Positions 1 to 9,100 of a stretch of DNA of 64,000 nt are shown one piece after another (within the stretch, counting starts at the first letter, position 1; every line of letters starts with the position of its first letter). The position numbers and the translations under genes were made by a program. Below the pieces are notes generated by a model. That model saw only the letters and a list, made by a program, of their open reading frames with translations, did no database searches and was not told where the DNA came from. The stretch lies in NCBI GenBank assembly GCA_963720785.1, contig CAVRGQ010000009.1:116162-180161 (forward strand), given 5' to 3'. The stretch is from an uncultured Actinomycetes bacterium. GTDB lineage: Bacteria; Actinomycetota; Acidimicrobiia; IMCC26256; DASPTH01.

Positions 1-1407
1 GCGCCGGGCACCTCGAGGATGCGGGTCTGGTGCGACCCCTTGTCGGCCGCCGCGATCGCCTGCTCCCAGTACTTCGGCAGGTTCTCGTTGCGTTCGAGCG
101 CCTTGGTGGAGTAGCTGCCGTTCCACAACCGGGCGCGTTCACGATCGCCAGCACCACCAGCGCGGCGGCGAGCAACGGCCCGGTGACCGCGAACCCGCGC
201 AACGGCCAGCGCACGGCGACCTTGCCCGGCCACCGCTGCGCGACCGCATTCACCCCCACACCGAGCAGCACGGAGAGCCCGAGCACGACGAGCGGCACCG
301 CGCGCGACGTGCTGCGCAGCGCGAGCCCGAAGCTCGACGACTCGGCAAACGACTTGAACATCCCACCGAGCGGCGACGGGTCGTCGAACGGGTAGGCACC
401 TACTGCGACCGCGACGCCGAGCACCACGATCGTGACGAAGAACGCGCGGTGCTTCCAGCGCACGCACGCGGCCGCGAGCAGCGCGAGCGTGGGCACCGCG
501 AAACTGATCAGGATCGCGAGCGGATTGCGGGTGTAGGTGACCGACGCGTCGGTCCAGTGACCGAGTTTGTCGATGCCGTAGAAGAACCAGTATCCGAGGC
601 CGCGCAGCACCTCGCTTGCGAGCGACGTCTTGGTGACGACCTGCAGCGTCTCCGTGTACTTCAGGACGTTGAGGCCGTAGGTGCCCTGCACCGAGAGGCC
701 TGCGAGCCACCACAGCGACGTGAGCAGCGTGAGCGCGCCGATCTTCGCGGTGACCACGGCGCGCGCTTCCGCGCGACGTCTCGGACGAGCGCGGCGTAGA
801 TGATCCACGCCACGGGAGCGATGCCCGCGAACACGAGCGCGGTCGCGTTCACCCCGCCGATCAACTGCACCGTGATCGCGAACCACGCCGGGTACATCCA
901 GCCGCGGTCCTCGCGCAACAGCGGGATCACGAGCGCGAGCATCCACGGGAGCCCGGCCCACGGCAGCAGGATCACCGACAGGCGCGCCGAGAAGTCCAGC
1001 GCGTACGGCGACAGCAGGAAGACCACCGCCGCCACGGCGACGCCGGGCCCGCGCACCTTGAGTGTGCGCATCAGGTAGAGCATTCCGAGGCCGGCGAACA
1101 GGAGGATGGTGCCGAGCCACAGGCGTTGCGCCACCCAGGCGGGGACACCCAGCAGGTGGGTCAGCCAGTACAGCGGCCCCATCGGGAACAGGTAGCCGAT
1201 GTTCTGATGCGTGACCGTCCCGAGGCCGATGTGCGGGTCCCACATCGAGACCGCCCGGACGAGCAGTCGCCCCGGGTCGAGGTAGAGGTAGGTCTTGGTG
1301 TCAGCCACCACCCGACCCGGATGGGTGAGCAGGAGCGGCACGTAGGCGAGCAGCGCGAGGAGCACGTACCCGGCGCGCCGCATGCCGCGCGGTGCCTGCA
1401 TGGTCAT
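1..1407 (-). pseudogene. AftD-like GT-C arabinofuranosyltransferase (DUF3367 type), N-terminal part. Runs off the left edge. Frame broken near 770 and near 130.
   Basis: Block ADTKTYLYLDPGRLL..MWDPHIGLGTVTHQNIGYLFPMGPLYW followed by many TM helices. ATG at 1407. Hand translation downstream continues only in shifted frames (VTAKIGALTLLTSLWWLAGL..., then LWNGSYSTKALERNENLPKYWEQ). Confidence 0.55.
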
Positions 1408-2722
1408 GCCGGCACGGTCACGGGCAGCGCCGCGGCGGGACCACAGGTGGTCGAACGCCACCGCGGCCAGCACGACCAGGCTCACCTCGGCCGGCACGCG
1501 GAAGCGCACCAGGCCGTAGATCGCCGCCGCGGTGATGGTGACGATCACGAACTGCGCGACGAGCGGCGTGATCGGCACCTTCCGCCGGCGCAGCAGCACG
1601 CCGCCCCACGCCGCAAACGGCACGAGCACCCAGAACGATGCGAACGCGAGCCATGACGCCCAGACCGGGCGGCCCTCGTTCTGGTTGTAGCTGGCCATCT
1701 GACCGGGCGCGTAGATGCTCCACACCCGCCCGATGCGCGCGGCCACCACCACGGCAGGCGGCCGAGGTGGTCGCGGATGTAGCGGAGGCCATCCTTGCGC
1801 AGGGCGTTCGACGTGACCGAGCGGTCGCCCTTCGGGACGGGGTAGGTGATGCAGTCGAGCGCCCACAGGCCGGTGCCGCTGCCGTAGTAGGTGCGCTCCA
1901 TGTTGGCGCCGCAGAGGGTGAGACCGTCATTGGTGGAGAACAGCACCGGCTCGTCGAAGCGGGTGAGGTTGGCGACGAGCCACGGACTGGTCACCAGGAA
2001 GGCGGCGAAGCCGGCCAGAAGCACGAGCAGCAGGCGCTTCCCCACCGTGAAGTCGCGCACGAACAGCGCCACCGGGAGCACCATGCCGGCAGCAGCAGGC
2101 CGAGCTCCGCGCGCGCCAGCATCGCCAGGCCGCACGCCGCGCCCAACCACGCCGCGTTGCCCCACGTGGGTGTTCGCCCGAAGCGGTACGCGAGGAGGAT
2201 CGCCAGCGCGACCGCGAGAGTGGCGAGCGTCTCCGACATCACCAGGCCGTCGTTCACGAACAGGTTGGCGTAGAGCGCGGCGACCCCGGCGGCGATCCAC
2301 CCCACGCGGTTGCCGCCGACGCTGCGCCCGACCATGCCGATGAGCAGCACGACGGCGGCGCCGAACACCGCCATGGTGAGCCGTTGTGCGAGCAGGTGCG
2401 TGCCGCCCTGGTCGATCTGCTCCGCGACCCACGACGTGGGCACGAGCACCAGCGCGGTGAGCGGCGGGTGCTCGGCGGTCTGCGTGCCGTCGCGGAAGTC
2501 GGTGAAGCCGTGCCCCTGCGCGATCCAGTTGGCCTGCGCGTTGTAGTACAGCTGGTCGCCGCCGGTGAGCTTGCCGTCCTTCACCAGGTCGTCGTTCACC
2601 ACGAGCACGTAGCCCACGCGGAACGCGAGCGCGATCCCCACGATCACCAACAGCACGCGCCAGAAGCGGCGCCGGTGCTCGAAGTTCGCGTTCGGGTTCG
2701 TGGTGGTGGTCGGTTCGGTCAT
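1405..2722 (-). pseudogene. GT-C family membrane glycosyltransferase (ArnT/PMT-like). Frame broken near 2087 and 1757, possibly also near 1440.
   Basis: Three ORF-track pieces join into one polytopic protein: 1991-2722, the 1545-2432 frame, and the 661-1866 frame. N-terminus RRFWRVLLVIVGIALAFRVGYV, then QLYYNAQANWIAQGHGF, then LPVALFVRDFTVGKRLLLVLLAGFAAFLV, then ARIGRVWSIYAPGQMASYNQNEG. The 3-prime end is uncertain. Confidence 0.5.
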
Positions 2723-2723
2723 G

Positions 2724-4136
2724 TCAGTGCATCCTCAGTGCGAGGCTGGCACAGAACAGCACGAGCACGGGCACCAGGAGCAGCGAGAGGGGCAGCGTCG
2801 CCCGGTCGGAGTCGGCCCACCGGGCCCGGATCGGCCCCACCGCGAGCGGCAGCAGCACGAGACCAGGTAGGAAGAAGCGCGCCTGCATGCCGCCCACGCG
2901 GTCGGCACCCGGCGCGCTCCAGTACACGTACTGAGCGCCGAGGGTCAGCACCACCACGAGCACGAGCAGCACGAGCAGCAGCACACGCTGCGACACCACG
3001 AACCGCGTCGGCTCGCGGCGCGATTGCAGGGCGACCAGCAGCAGCACCAGCGACGCGACCACGCCGACGATCGACGGCCAGTGCGTGACGCTCGGTCCGA
3101 CCGACGTGTACGTGCGCACCCACTCCCACGCCGAGTCGAACGTGGTGGCGATCGCCGCCCACGCGAACTTCCAGGGTTGGGTGAGCAGGAGGTGCTGCTG
3201 GCGCGCCGGGTTCACCTTCACCCCGAAGTACGCGGCGTCGGTCTTCCAGAGTCCGCCGACGATCGCGTTCCACACGACCGTCACGCCGATCGCGACCACG
3301 GGGGCGAGCGCCAGCGGCCACAACTCCCGGCGCCGCTCGCGCGCACCCCACGCCAGCAACGGCAGCACGTAGGCGAACGCAACCACTACGTACCCCGGCT
3401 TGCACAGCGCCAGCAGCCCGCTCAGCAGGAAGGCCTCGATCACGAGCGCGCGCGCCGAGGTGCCCTCGGGAGGATCGAGCGCCCGCAGCGCGGACGACAC
3501 CACCACCAACGACACCGCGAGCGTCACTGCATCGTGCGACAGCGACGCGGCGGCCTGGAACAGTGCGACCGGCACCATGCCCACCGCGGCGAACGCCCAC
3601 TTGCCCCGTGGCGTGCGCCGCACGGCGACGGCGACCAATGCGAGGAAGGTGGCGAGCAGCGCGAGGCGCGCGGCAACCAGCATGCCGTCGACACCGGCCC
3701 CCGCCTTCCGGGCCACGAGGATCGCGGTGGCCTGCGGGAGGTACGGCACCGGTGACCCGAAGGTCGAGAAGGTCACGAAGCCCTGCGCCTTGTCCTCGGG
3801 GCAACGCGCCACGTCGGCCGCGGTGGGCGGTGTCGCGCGGCCGGGATTCTTCCCCTGCAGGGTGACCACGTGACGGAAGTAGTCGAGGGCGTCGCGGTCG
3901 ACCGCGAGCACGACGTCGACCGGCACGCACGCGCCGCTGAAGCTCGAGCCGGCCGGCTTCTCAGGCAGGAGCGTGCCGGTGGACAATTGGTAGGAGCGGT
4001 AGAAGTGCGCGGTCTCGTCGATCCCGCCGAAGTGCGGGACCACCAACGCGATGAACAGGCCGGTGAGCCCACCGAGCAGGAGCAGGGTGCGCAGCGGATC
4101 GCGGAAGAACCCGAGCGCCCGCCCCATGGTGGTCAC
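2724..4136 (-). CDS. DUF2142-like polytopic membrane protein, of the kind often found next to GT-C glycosyltransferases
   Basis: Intact 470 aa ORF with about 10 hydrophobic segments and an N-terminal GGIDETAHFYRSYQLS motif. Its stop lies 1 nt from the start of the downstream GT-C gene. Confidence 0.7.
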   Translation of the reverse strand: MTTMGRALGFFRDPLRTLLLLGGLTGLFIALVVPHFGGIDETAHFYRSYQLSTGTLLPEKPAGSSFSGACVPVDVVLAVDRDALDYFRHVVTLQGKNPGRATPPTAADVARCPEDKAQGFVTFSTFGSPVPYLPQATAILVARKAGAGVDGMLVAARLALLATFLALVAVAVRRTPRGKWAFAAVGMVPVALFQAAASLSHDAVTLAVSLVVVSSALRALDPPEGTSARALVIEAFLLSGLLALCKPGYVVVAFAYVLPLLAWGARERRRELWPLALAPVVAIGVTVVWNAIVGGLWKTDAAYFGVKVNPARQQHLLLTQPWKFAWAAIATTFDSAWEWVRTYTSVGPSVTHWPSIVGVVASLVLLLVALQSRREPTRFVVSQRVLLLVLLVLVVVLTLGAQYVYWSAPGADRVGGMQARFFLPGLVLLPLAVGPIRARWADSDRATLPLSLLLVPVLVLFCASLALRMH

Positions 4137-4155
4137 CGGCGACGTGGCCCGTCGT

Positions 4156-4644
4156 TCAGTGCTGCTCGACGCCGTCGTGCGTGTCGAAGATGAGCACGCT
4201 GCACGGCGCGTGGTGCGACACGGTGTTGGGCACGCTGCCGAGGAAGCGCCGGCCGCCCTGCATGCCGCGGTTGCCCACGACGATCAGGTCGGCGTTGAGG
4301 TGGGACGCCATGTCGCAGAGCACCTCGGCCGGGTTGCCGAAGCGGGCGTGCGTCTCGATGGTGAGCTGCTTGCTGTCGTGCCCGGCCTCGATCGCGGTGT
4401 CGGACGCCTGGTGCAGGAGCTTGTCGAGCTCGCCCTTGATCTCGTCCTCCCAGTTGGCCTGCGCGGCGACGGGCGCGGCGGCAGACATCTCGGAGGCGGC
4501 GAGCGCCGTGGGTGACAGCGGCTTCTGCACGGTGACGATGTGCAGCGTGCACGCACCCTGTGAGCCGGCCAGCTCCGCCGCGGCCAGGACCGCCTTGTTC
4601 GCTCCCGCGCTGCCGTCGGTGCCGACCACGATCGTCTGGAACAT
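4156..4644 (-). CDS. Universal stress protein (UspA family)
   Basis: MFQTIVVGTDGSAGANKAV ... ADLIVVGNRGMQGGRRFLGSVPNTVSHHAPCSVLIF. Internal ATG at 4644 (residue 70 of ORF 4156-4851). Confidence 0.85.
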   Translation of the reverse strand: MFQTIVVGTDGSAGANKAVLAAAELAGSQGACTLHIVTVQKPLSPTALAASEMSAAAPVAAQANWEDEIKGELDKLLHQASDTAIEAGHDSKQLTIETHARFGNPAEVLCDMASHLNADLIVVGNRGMQGGRRFLGSVPNTVSHHAPCSVLIFDTHDGVEQH

Positions 4645-4723
4645 CAGTGCCTCCGCTGCGGGACCTACGGGATGGGCCGGACCGCCCCTCGCGCCCTCGC
4701 GCCTCGCGACCCGTCGGGAGACG

Positions 4724-5745
4724 CTACCTGCCCGACTCGAGCAGGGCCCGCACCTCCGCAACGTGGTGGACGGTGCGTTCGGGGAGCACGACGGTACCGA
4801 GCCACTGCTCCCCGAAGTCGAGCCCGAGCCCGGGCGCGTACGTGTGCGCACTCCCCACCCACACCACGTACAGGGTGACGGTGTGATCGCCCCGGCGCGG
4901 GTAGTCGGCGGGTACCCCGTCGTCGATGCTGCCGGGCCCGGGCATCACCGGGGACGTGCCGTCGCCCGGCACCCACGCCCACGCGATCGGGCGGGCCCGC
5001 ACGTCGATTGCGAAGCCGGGAAGGGCCACCGCAGCCTGGGCCTCGCCGATCGGATCGGCCCAGAAGCGCGACTGGAGGTGCACCACGCCGGGCCAGCTGC
5101 GGGTGCCCGGCGGATTCGCGTGGATCCGGGCGCGCGGCAACGGGGTCTGCTGCCAGATGTCGGCCGCGGTCGGCGGCGTCGGGGGCAGCGGGTCGCCCGG
5201 GAGCACACACCGCGGGATCACGATCCAGACCATGGCGGGGTCGACCGGCGTGGCGAGGTCGGTGACGAGGTCGCCCTGGTAGGCGAGGCCGTCGGGCAGC
5301 GGATCGGGCCCGTCGTACCGCAGCCCTCCGACCGGCGCACCCATGAGCCCGGTGACCTGCATCGGGATGTCGGGGAAGAAGAACAGTCCCGGCAGCGGCG
5401 AGAGCCGAGAGAAGGCAGCCGCCGCGGCGGCGCGCGTCGGTCACCACGACGCACCGCGCCCCGGTTGCCGAGCGTTCCCACCGGTACACGGGCACCGTCG
5501 TCGGCGTCGCGTTCGGTACGGGAGTTGCGCCCCGATAGGTGCCCGTGCCCAGGTCGCCGGCCTCGGCGCGCACGTAGTCGGGTCCCAACTGCCCGCCTCC
5601 GGTCTGGGTGCGGACCGCCTGCACCCGGCGCACGCGGCCGCGGGGCACCATCTGCCGCGGGCGCCACCGCGAGCGCGAGCCCGAACACCACGACCGCCAC
5701 CAACACCCGCATCTCCCGCTCCTTTGCCATTCGGAACACCGTCAT
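4724..5745 (-). pseudogene. Uncharacterised secreted or membrane-anchored protein, last gene of the tad operon. Frame broken near 5650 and 5430.
   Basis: ATG at 5745 overlaps the TGA of the tadG-like gene (ATGA). Hydrophobic N-terminus MRVLVAVVVFGLALAVA. The middle part reads only in the 4665-5651 frame (GQLGPDYVRAEAGDLGTGTYRGATPVPNATPTTVPVYRWE). The C-terminal 212 aa is ORF 4724-5362. No family recognised. Confidence 0.45.
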
Positions 5746-6179
5746 TCGGAACGCCGGGGCACGGCGGTCGCACGGACCTGCACCCGCATCGGCGGTTGCG
5801 CCAGGAGGCGCAACAGCGAGAGGTCGACCTCACCGTCGACGACCACGACGACGTGCTCGCGGTCCGCGACCACGCGGAACCCGCGCAGCGAGCGGGTGTC
5901 GAACTGTCGGGCAAGATCGGCGCGCGCCCAGGCCTCGGCGAGCGCGGGCACGAGCACCAGGCGCCCCGACGAGCGGTACTCCCCTTCGTCGATGGCGCCC
6001 GCACCCGAGAGCGCCGCCGCGTCGGCGGCCGCGTGCAGTGCGCGTCGCTCCGAGAACCCGCGCCCGAGGTCGACGCCCAACCCGCCGAGCACGAGCAGCA
6101 TCGTGCACAGGCCCAACAGCCACAGCGTGATCGTCCCGCGCTCGCCTCGCTGCGGGTCGCGCCCCGCCCGGCGCCTCAC
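5742..6179 (-). CDS. TadG-like / Tad_N pseudopilin-type pilus assembly protein
   Basis: GERGTITLWLLGLCTMLLVLGGLGVDLGRGFSERRALHAAADAAALSGA matches the TadE/G-like N-terminal pattern. GTG at 6179 overlaps the upstream stop (GTGA). Confidence 0.6.
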   Translation of the reverse strand: MRRRAGRDPQRGERGTITLWLLGLCTMLLVLGGLGVDLGRGFSERRALHAAADAAALSGAGAIDEGEYRSSGRLVLVPALAEAWARADLARQFDTRSLRGFRVVADREHVVVVVDGEVDLSLLRLLAQPPMRVQVRATAVPRRSE

Positions 6180-6619
6180 GGCACACCTGCGTAGCGGTCG
6201 ACCGGCTCGGCGTGGCGCGCCGTGAACGACCACTCGCCCACGCGCCCGATGGCCGGCACCCGCAGACCTGGCTCACGCACCGTGGCCGCGACCACGACCG
6301 ACCCACCAGCGGGCAGCACCGCGCCCGGCACGCACCCGAACGTCACCGACACGTCGCGCGCCGCGAGCCCGTGGTTGACCGCGATCACCGCCGCGAGCCG
6401 TCGCGCGTCGCCGGCATTGCACAAGCCGTCGCGCGCCACTGTTCGCCCGACCTCGCGGGCGACGACGCGCGCCACGCTCTGGCGTTCCGCCCAGCTCGGC
6501 AATGCGAGCACGAGCAGCGCGACGGGCAACACCAGGAACGCGACGCCTGCCGCGAGCTCGACGACGACGAACCCGCGCTCCCGCGGCTCACGCGGCCCGG
6601 CTCGACACGCGCGGGTCAC
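6176..6619 (-). CDS. TadE-like pseudopilin, second copy
   Basis: RERGFVVVELAAGVAFLVLPVALLVLALPSW. GTG at 6619 overlaps the upstream stop (GTGA). Confidence 0.6.
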   Translation of the reverse strand: MTRACRAGPREPRERGFVVVELAAGVAFLVLPVALLVLALPSWAERQSVARVVAREVGRTVARDGLCNAGDARRLAAVIAVNHGLAARDVSVTFGCVPGAVLPAGGSVVVAATVREPGLRVPAIGRVGEWSFTARHAEPVDRYAGVP

Positions 6620-7011
6620 GGCGCCCGCTCCTTGGGTGCGGACCCGGTGACCGACACGTCCCAGTCGGGGACGAGCGGCAGCCACGAGGTGAGGCGGGCC
6701 TGCACCGTCGCGCGCATGCTGCCGCCCACCTGCCGGCACCGCAGGACGACCGTACGCGCGTGCTGCCGGCCGAGGAGCGCGTCGACCACCTCCCGGGCGC
6801 GCTGCTCGCACTCCGCGGGACCGGCGTCGATGTCGGCACCGGCCCGCGCCCCCTCGTCGACCGCGGCCACGATCGCGCCGCGCTCGTAGCGGTCGACGAG
6901 GAGGTTGGCGAGCATCACGAACACCACGAGGCTCATGCCCACGGCGACGACGTACTGGGTCGTGGTGAACCCGCGCTCCGGGTTCAAACGCGCAGTTGCC
7001 CGCGGATCCAT
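6616..7011 (-). CDS. tadE: TadE-like pseudopilin, first copy
   Basis: MDPRATARLNPERGFTTTQYVVAVGMSLVVFVMLANLLVDRYERG. ATG at 7011 lies inside the 3-prime end of the pilin gene. Confidence 0.65.
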   Translation of the reverse strand: MDPRATARLNPERGFTTTQYVVAVGMSLVVFVMLANLLVDRYERGAIVAAVDEGARAGADIDAGPAECEQRAREVVDALLGRQHARTVVLRCRQVGGSMRATVQARLTSWLPLVPDWDVSVTGSAPKERAP

Positions 7012-7206
7012 GTCATCACGTCGAGACCGAGCACCTGGAGCACTCCCCAGATCGCCACGAGGGCGGCGATGCCCAGCGCCGCGTTGCCCAGCAGTTCCGC
7101 GGTGGTCATCCCCGCTTCGGAGCGCAGGCGCGCGCCATCGAGCCAACGGTGCCAGCGCGGCGACGGTGGCGGTGACGAAGGACGCGATCGTTCGGACGAG
7201 GTGCAT
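6984..7206 (-). CDS. flp: Flp-type pilin (actinobacterial DUF4244-like). The leader needs a 1 nt frame correction near 7130.
   Basis: ATG at 7206 is preceded by AGGAG. Leader MHLVRTIASFVTATVAALAPLARW, then in the adjacent frame RLRSEAG/MTTAELLGNAALGIAALVAIWGVLQVLGLDVMTWIRGQLRV, with a stop at 6984-6986. Gly then Glu at +5 fits the Flp prepilin processing motif. Translated by hand; the mature part is too short for the ORF track. Confidence 0.55.
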
Positions 7207-7213
7207 GGTGGTG

Positions 7214-7240
7214 CTCCTGGGATGCGGGCCCGATCGGGCC
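7214..7240 (-). promoter_or_regulatory. Shine-Dalgarno plus a perfect 14 bp palindrome in the tadC-flp spacer
   Basis: GGCCCGATCGGGCC at 7227-7240. AGGAG (minus strand) at 7214-7218, 7 nt before the flp ATG. Confidence 0.3.
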
Positions 7241-7281
7241 GGTGGTACCGAGAGGCGACTGCCCGTCGGTGAGCTGGCGCG

Positions 7282-8205
7282 TCATCGCTGCCCGAACACG
7301 ATCGAGGGCAGCGGCGCGGCGATGAACAGCAACATCACGGGCGCGAGCACGGCGATGGTCGGTACGAGCATCGCGGCGCGCCGGCGCACGGCGGTCTTGC
7401 GGATCTCCTCACGTCGGGCATCGCGCAGGTCGTCGCTGAGGGCCCGCAGACCGTCGGCGAGATCGACGCCGCGTTCGACGCCGGTGGCGAAGAGCCGGTA
7501 GGTGCGCGCCGCCGCCGGCTCGGGCGTGAGCTCCGCGGCCCGACGGAATGCGGCGGGCTCCGACACTCCTTGCCGTAGGGCGTCGAGCACGTCGGCAAGC
7601 TCCTCGATCACCGCGCCCTCACCGCGCTCGACGATGTGGCGCACGGCTTGCACCGGACCGGCGCCGGTGCGCAGGTGCATCGCGAGGAGCTGGTCGACGG
7701 TGACGAGCTCGAGCCGGATCTGCTCGCGCCGTTCCGCCTCGAGCCGGTCGATCCGGCCCCGGACGCGAGCCACCCCGACCACCGCGCCGGCTGCCGCGAG
7801 CCCGAGCGCGGCCGGTGCCGAGTGCAGGGCGAGGACCCCGAGGCCCAGCCCGGCCGTTGCCCCCACGAGCGTTCCCGCAGCCACGCGGGCCCGATGGTCG
7901 TCGGGCGTGGTGGCGCGCAGCCCGGCCCGCCGCAGGGCGAGGCGCAGGTCGTCGTCGCTGCGGCGCTCGAGCCGACGCCCGGCCGCCGCGACCAGGGCGC
8001 GCCACGGAGCTGCGAACACCGCGTCGAACGCCGACTGCGGCGCGACGACCCCACCGGTGCTGGTGCGACCGGAGGTGATGCCGGCCGGCGCGGTGTACTG
8101 GCGCAGCCGGGCACCGAGCCGCGGCGCGGGCGGGAAGACGAGGGCCACCACCCCGGCACCGACGAGCCCAACGCCCACGCACAGGAGCACGAGGGGGGCG
8201 TTCAC
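7282..8205 (-). CDS. tadC: TadC, type II secretion system F-family inner-membrane platform protein
   Basis: C-terminal 307 aa of ORF 7282-8892 (VNAPLVLLCVGVG ... RKTAVRRRAAMLVPTIAVLAPVMLLFIAAPL). GTG at 8205 overlaps the tadB stop (GTGA). Confidence 0.8.
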   Translation of the reverse strand: MNAPLVLLCVGVGLVGAGVVALVFPPAPRLGARLRQYTAPAGITSGRTSTGGVVAPQSAFDAVFAAPWRALVAAAGRRLERRSDDDLRLALRRAGLRATTPDDHRARVAAGTLVGATAGLGLGVLALHSAPAALGLAAAGAVVGVARVRGRIDRLEAERREQIRLELVTVDQLLAMHLRTGAGPVQAVRHIVERGEGAVIEELADVLDALRQGVSEPAAFRRAAELTPEPAAARTYRLFATGVERGVDLADGLRALSDDLRDARREEIRKTAVRRRAAMLVPTIAVLAPVMLLFIAAPLPSIVFGQR

Positions 8206-9100
8206 CGGGCGCCGCCTCGCGACAGGTCTCGCGCCAGGCCTCGCGACAGCACGCGCGCTTCGTCGTGACCCCGGCCGAGATGGCGGATCCAGAGATAGCC
8301 CGCGCCGCTCATCAGCGCGCCGACCACCACCACGAGGAACCCGGCGGGCGATGTGTAGAAGGCGCGGAACGCGCCGCCGCGCACACACAGCAGGACGAGC
8401 ACCGACCATGGCAGCACGACCACCGCGGCCGCGTTGATGCGCATCTCGAGCCCCTCGCTCTCGATCTCGTCGAGCACCTTGAGGTCGCGCGTGGTGCCGA
8501 CGACGAGGTCGTCGAGGATCTCGGCGACGATGCGGCCGCCGCGTTCGTGGGCGAGCACGAGCACCTCGACGACGCGGTCGGTGGTCGCGTCGGCGAGGTC
8601 GTCGGCCACCACGCGCAGCGCGGCCGTCGCCCCGAAGGTGCGCGCCGCGCTCCCGAACCCGGCGAAGGCATCGCGGAGCGGCGCCGGACCCGACGCACCG
8701 AGCGCCTCGAGCGCCTGGGTGACCGACCGGCCCGAAGCCACCGAGGCGGCGACGTCGCGCAGACCGTCGGGCCACGCCTCGCGCACCGCGCGACGCGCAG
8801 CCGGCGCCGCCGCGAGTACCAGGCACCGGGCGCTCCCGTGAGGACGATCGCCGGCACCACCGCCACCAGCGGCGCCCCGGTGACGACCGCACCGATCAGG
8901 AAGGCGACCACGCCGGCCGCGCCCGAGACGAGGACGAATCGGCCGGGTGGCACCGGCGCCACCGCGACGGCGAGCCGGGTCCACCACCCCGGGCGGGACG
9001 ACGGCTCTGCGGACCGACCCCGGCCGATCACCACCCCGAGCAGGCGGCCGGCCACGAGGAAGGCGAACGCGCCGATGACCACTGCCGCGAGCGCGCTCAT
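8202..9100 (-). CDS. tadB: TadB, T2SS F-family platform protein. Frame broken near 8805-8825.
   Basis: MSALAAVVIGAFAFLVAGRLLG... (8312-9169 frame) joins AARRAVREAWPDGLRDVAASVASGRSVTQALEAL...GYLWIRHL (8202-9194 frame). ATG at 9100 overlaps the tadA stop (ATGA). Confidence 0.7.

Noticed and set aside
4181-6130. Very long ORFs rich in Arg, Pro and Ala, lying opposite or out of frame to recognisable genes. Examples: 4181-6130, 9187-11628, 16738-18612, 25677-28241 upstream of 27783, and the 5-prime part of 55031-57088.
   Set aside because: These are typical shadow ORFs of high-GC DNA. They have low-complexity R/P/A/G composition and no motifs, and each overlaps a gene with clear family signatures in another frame.
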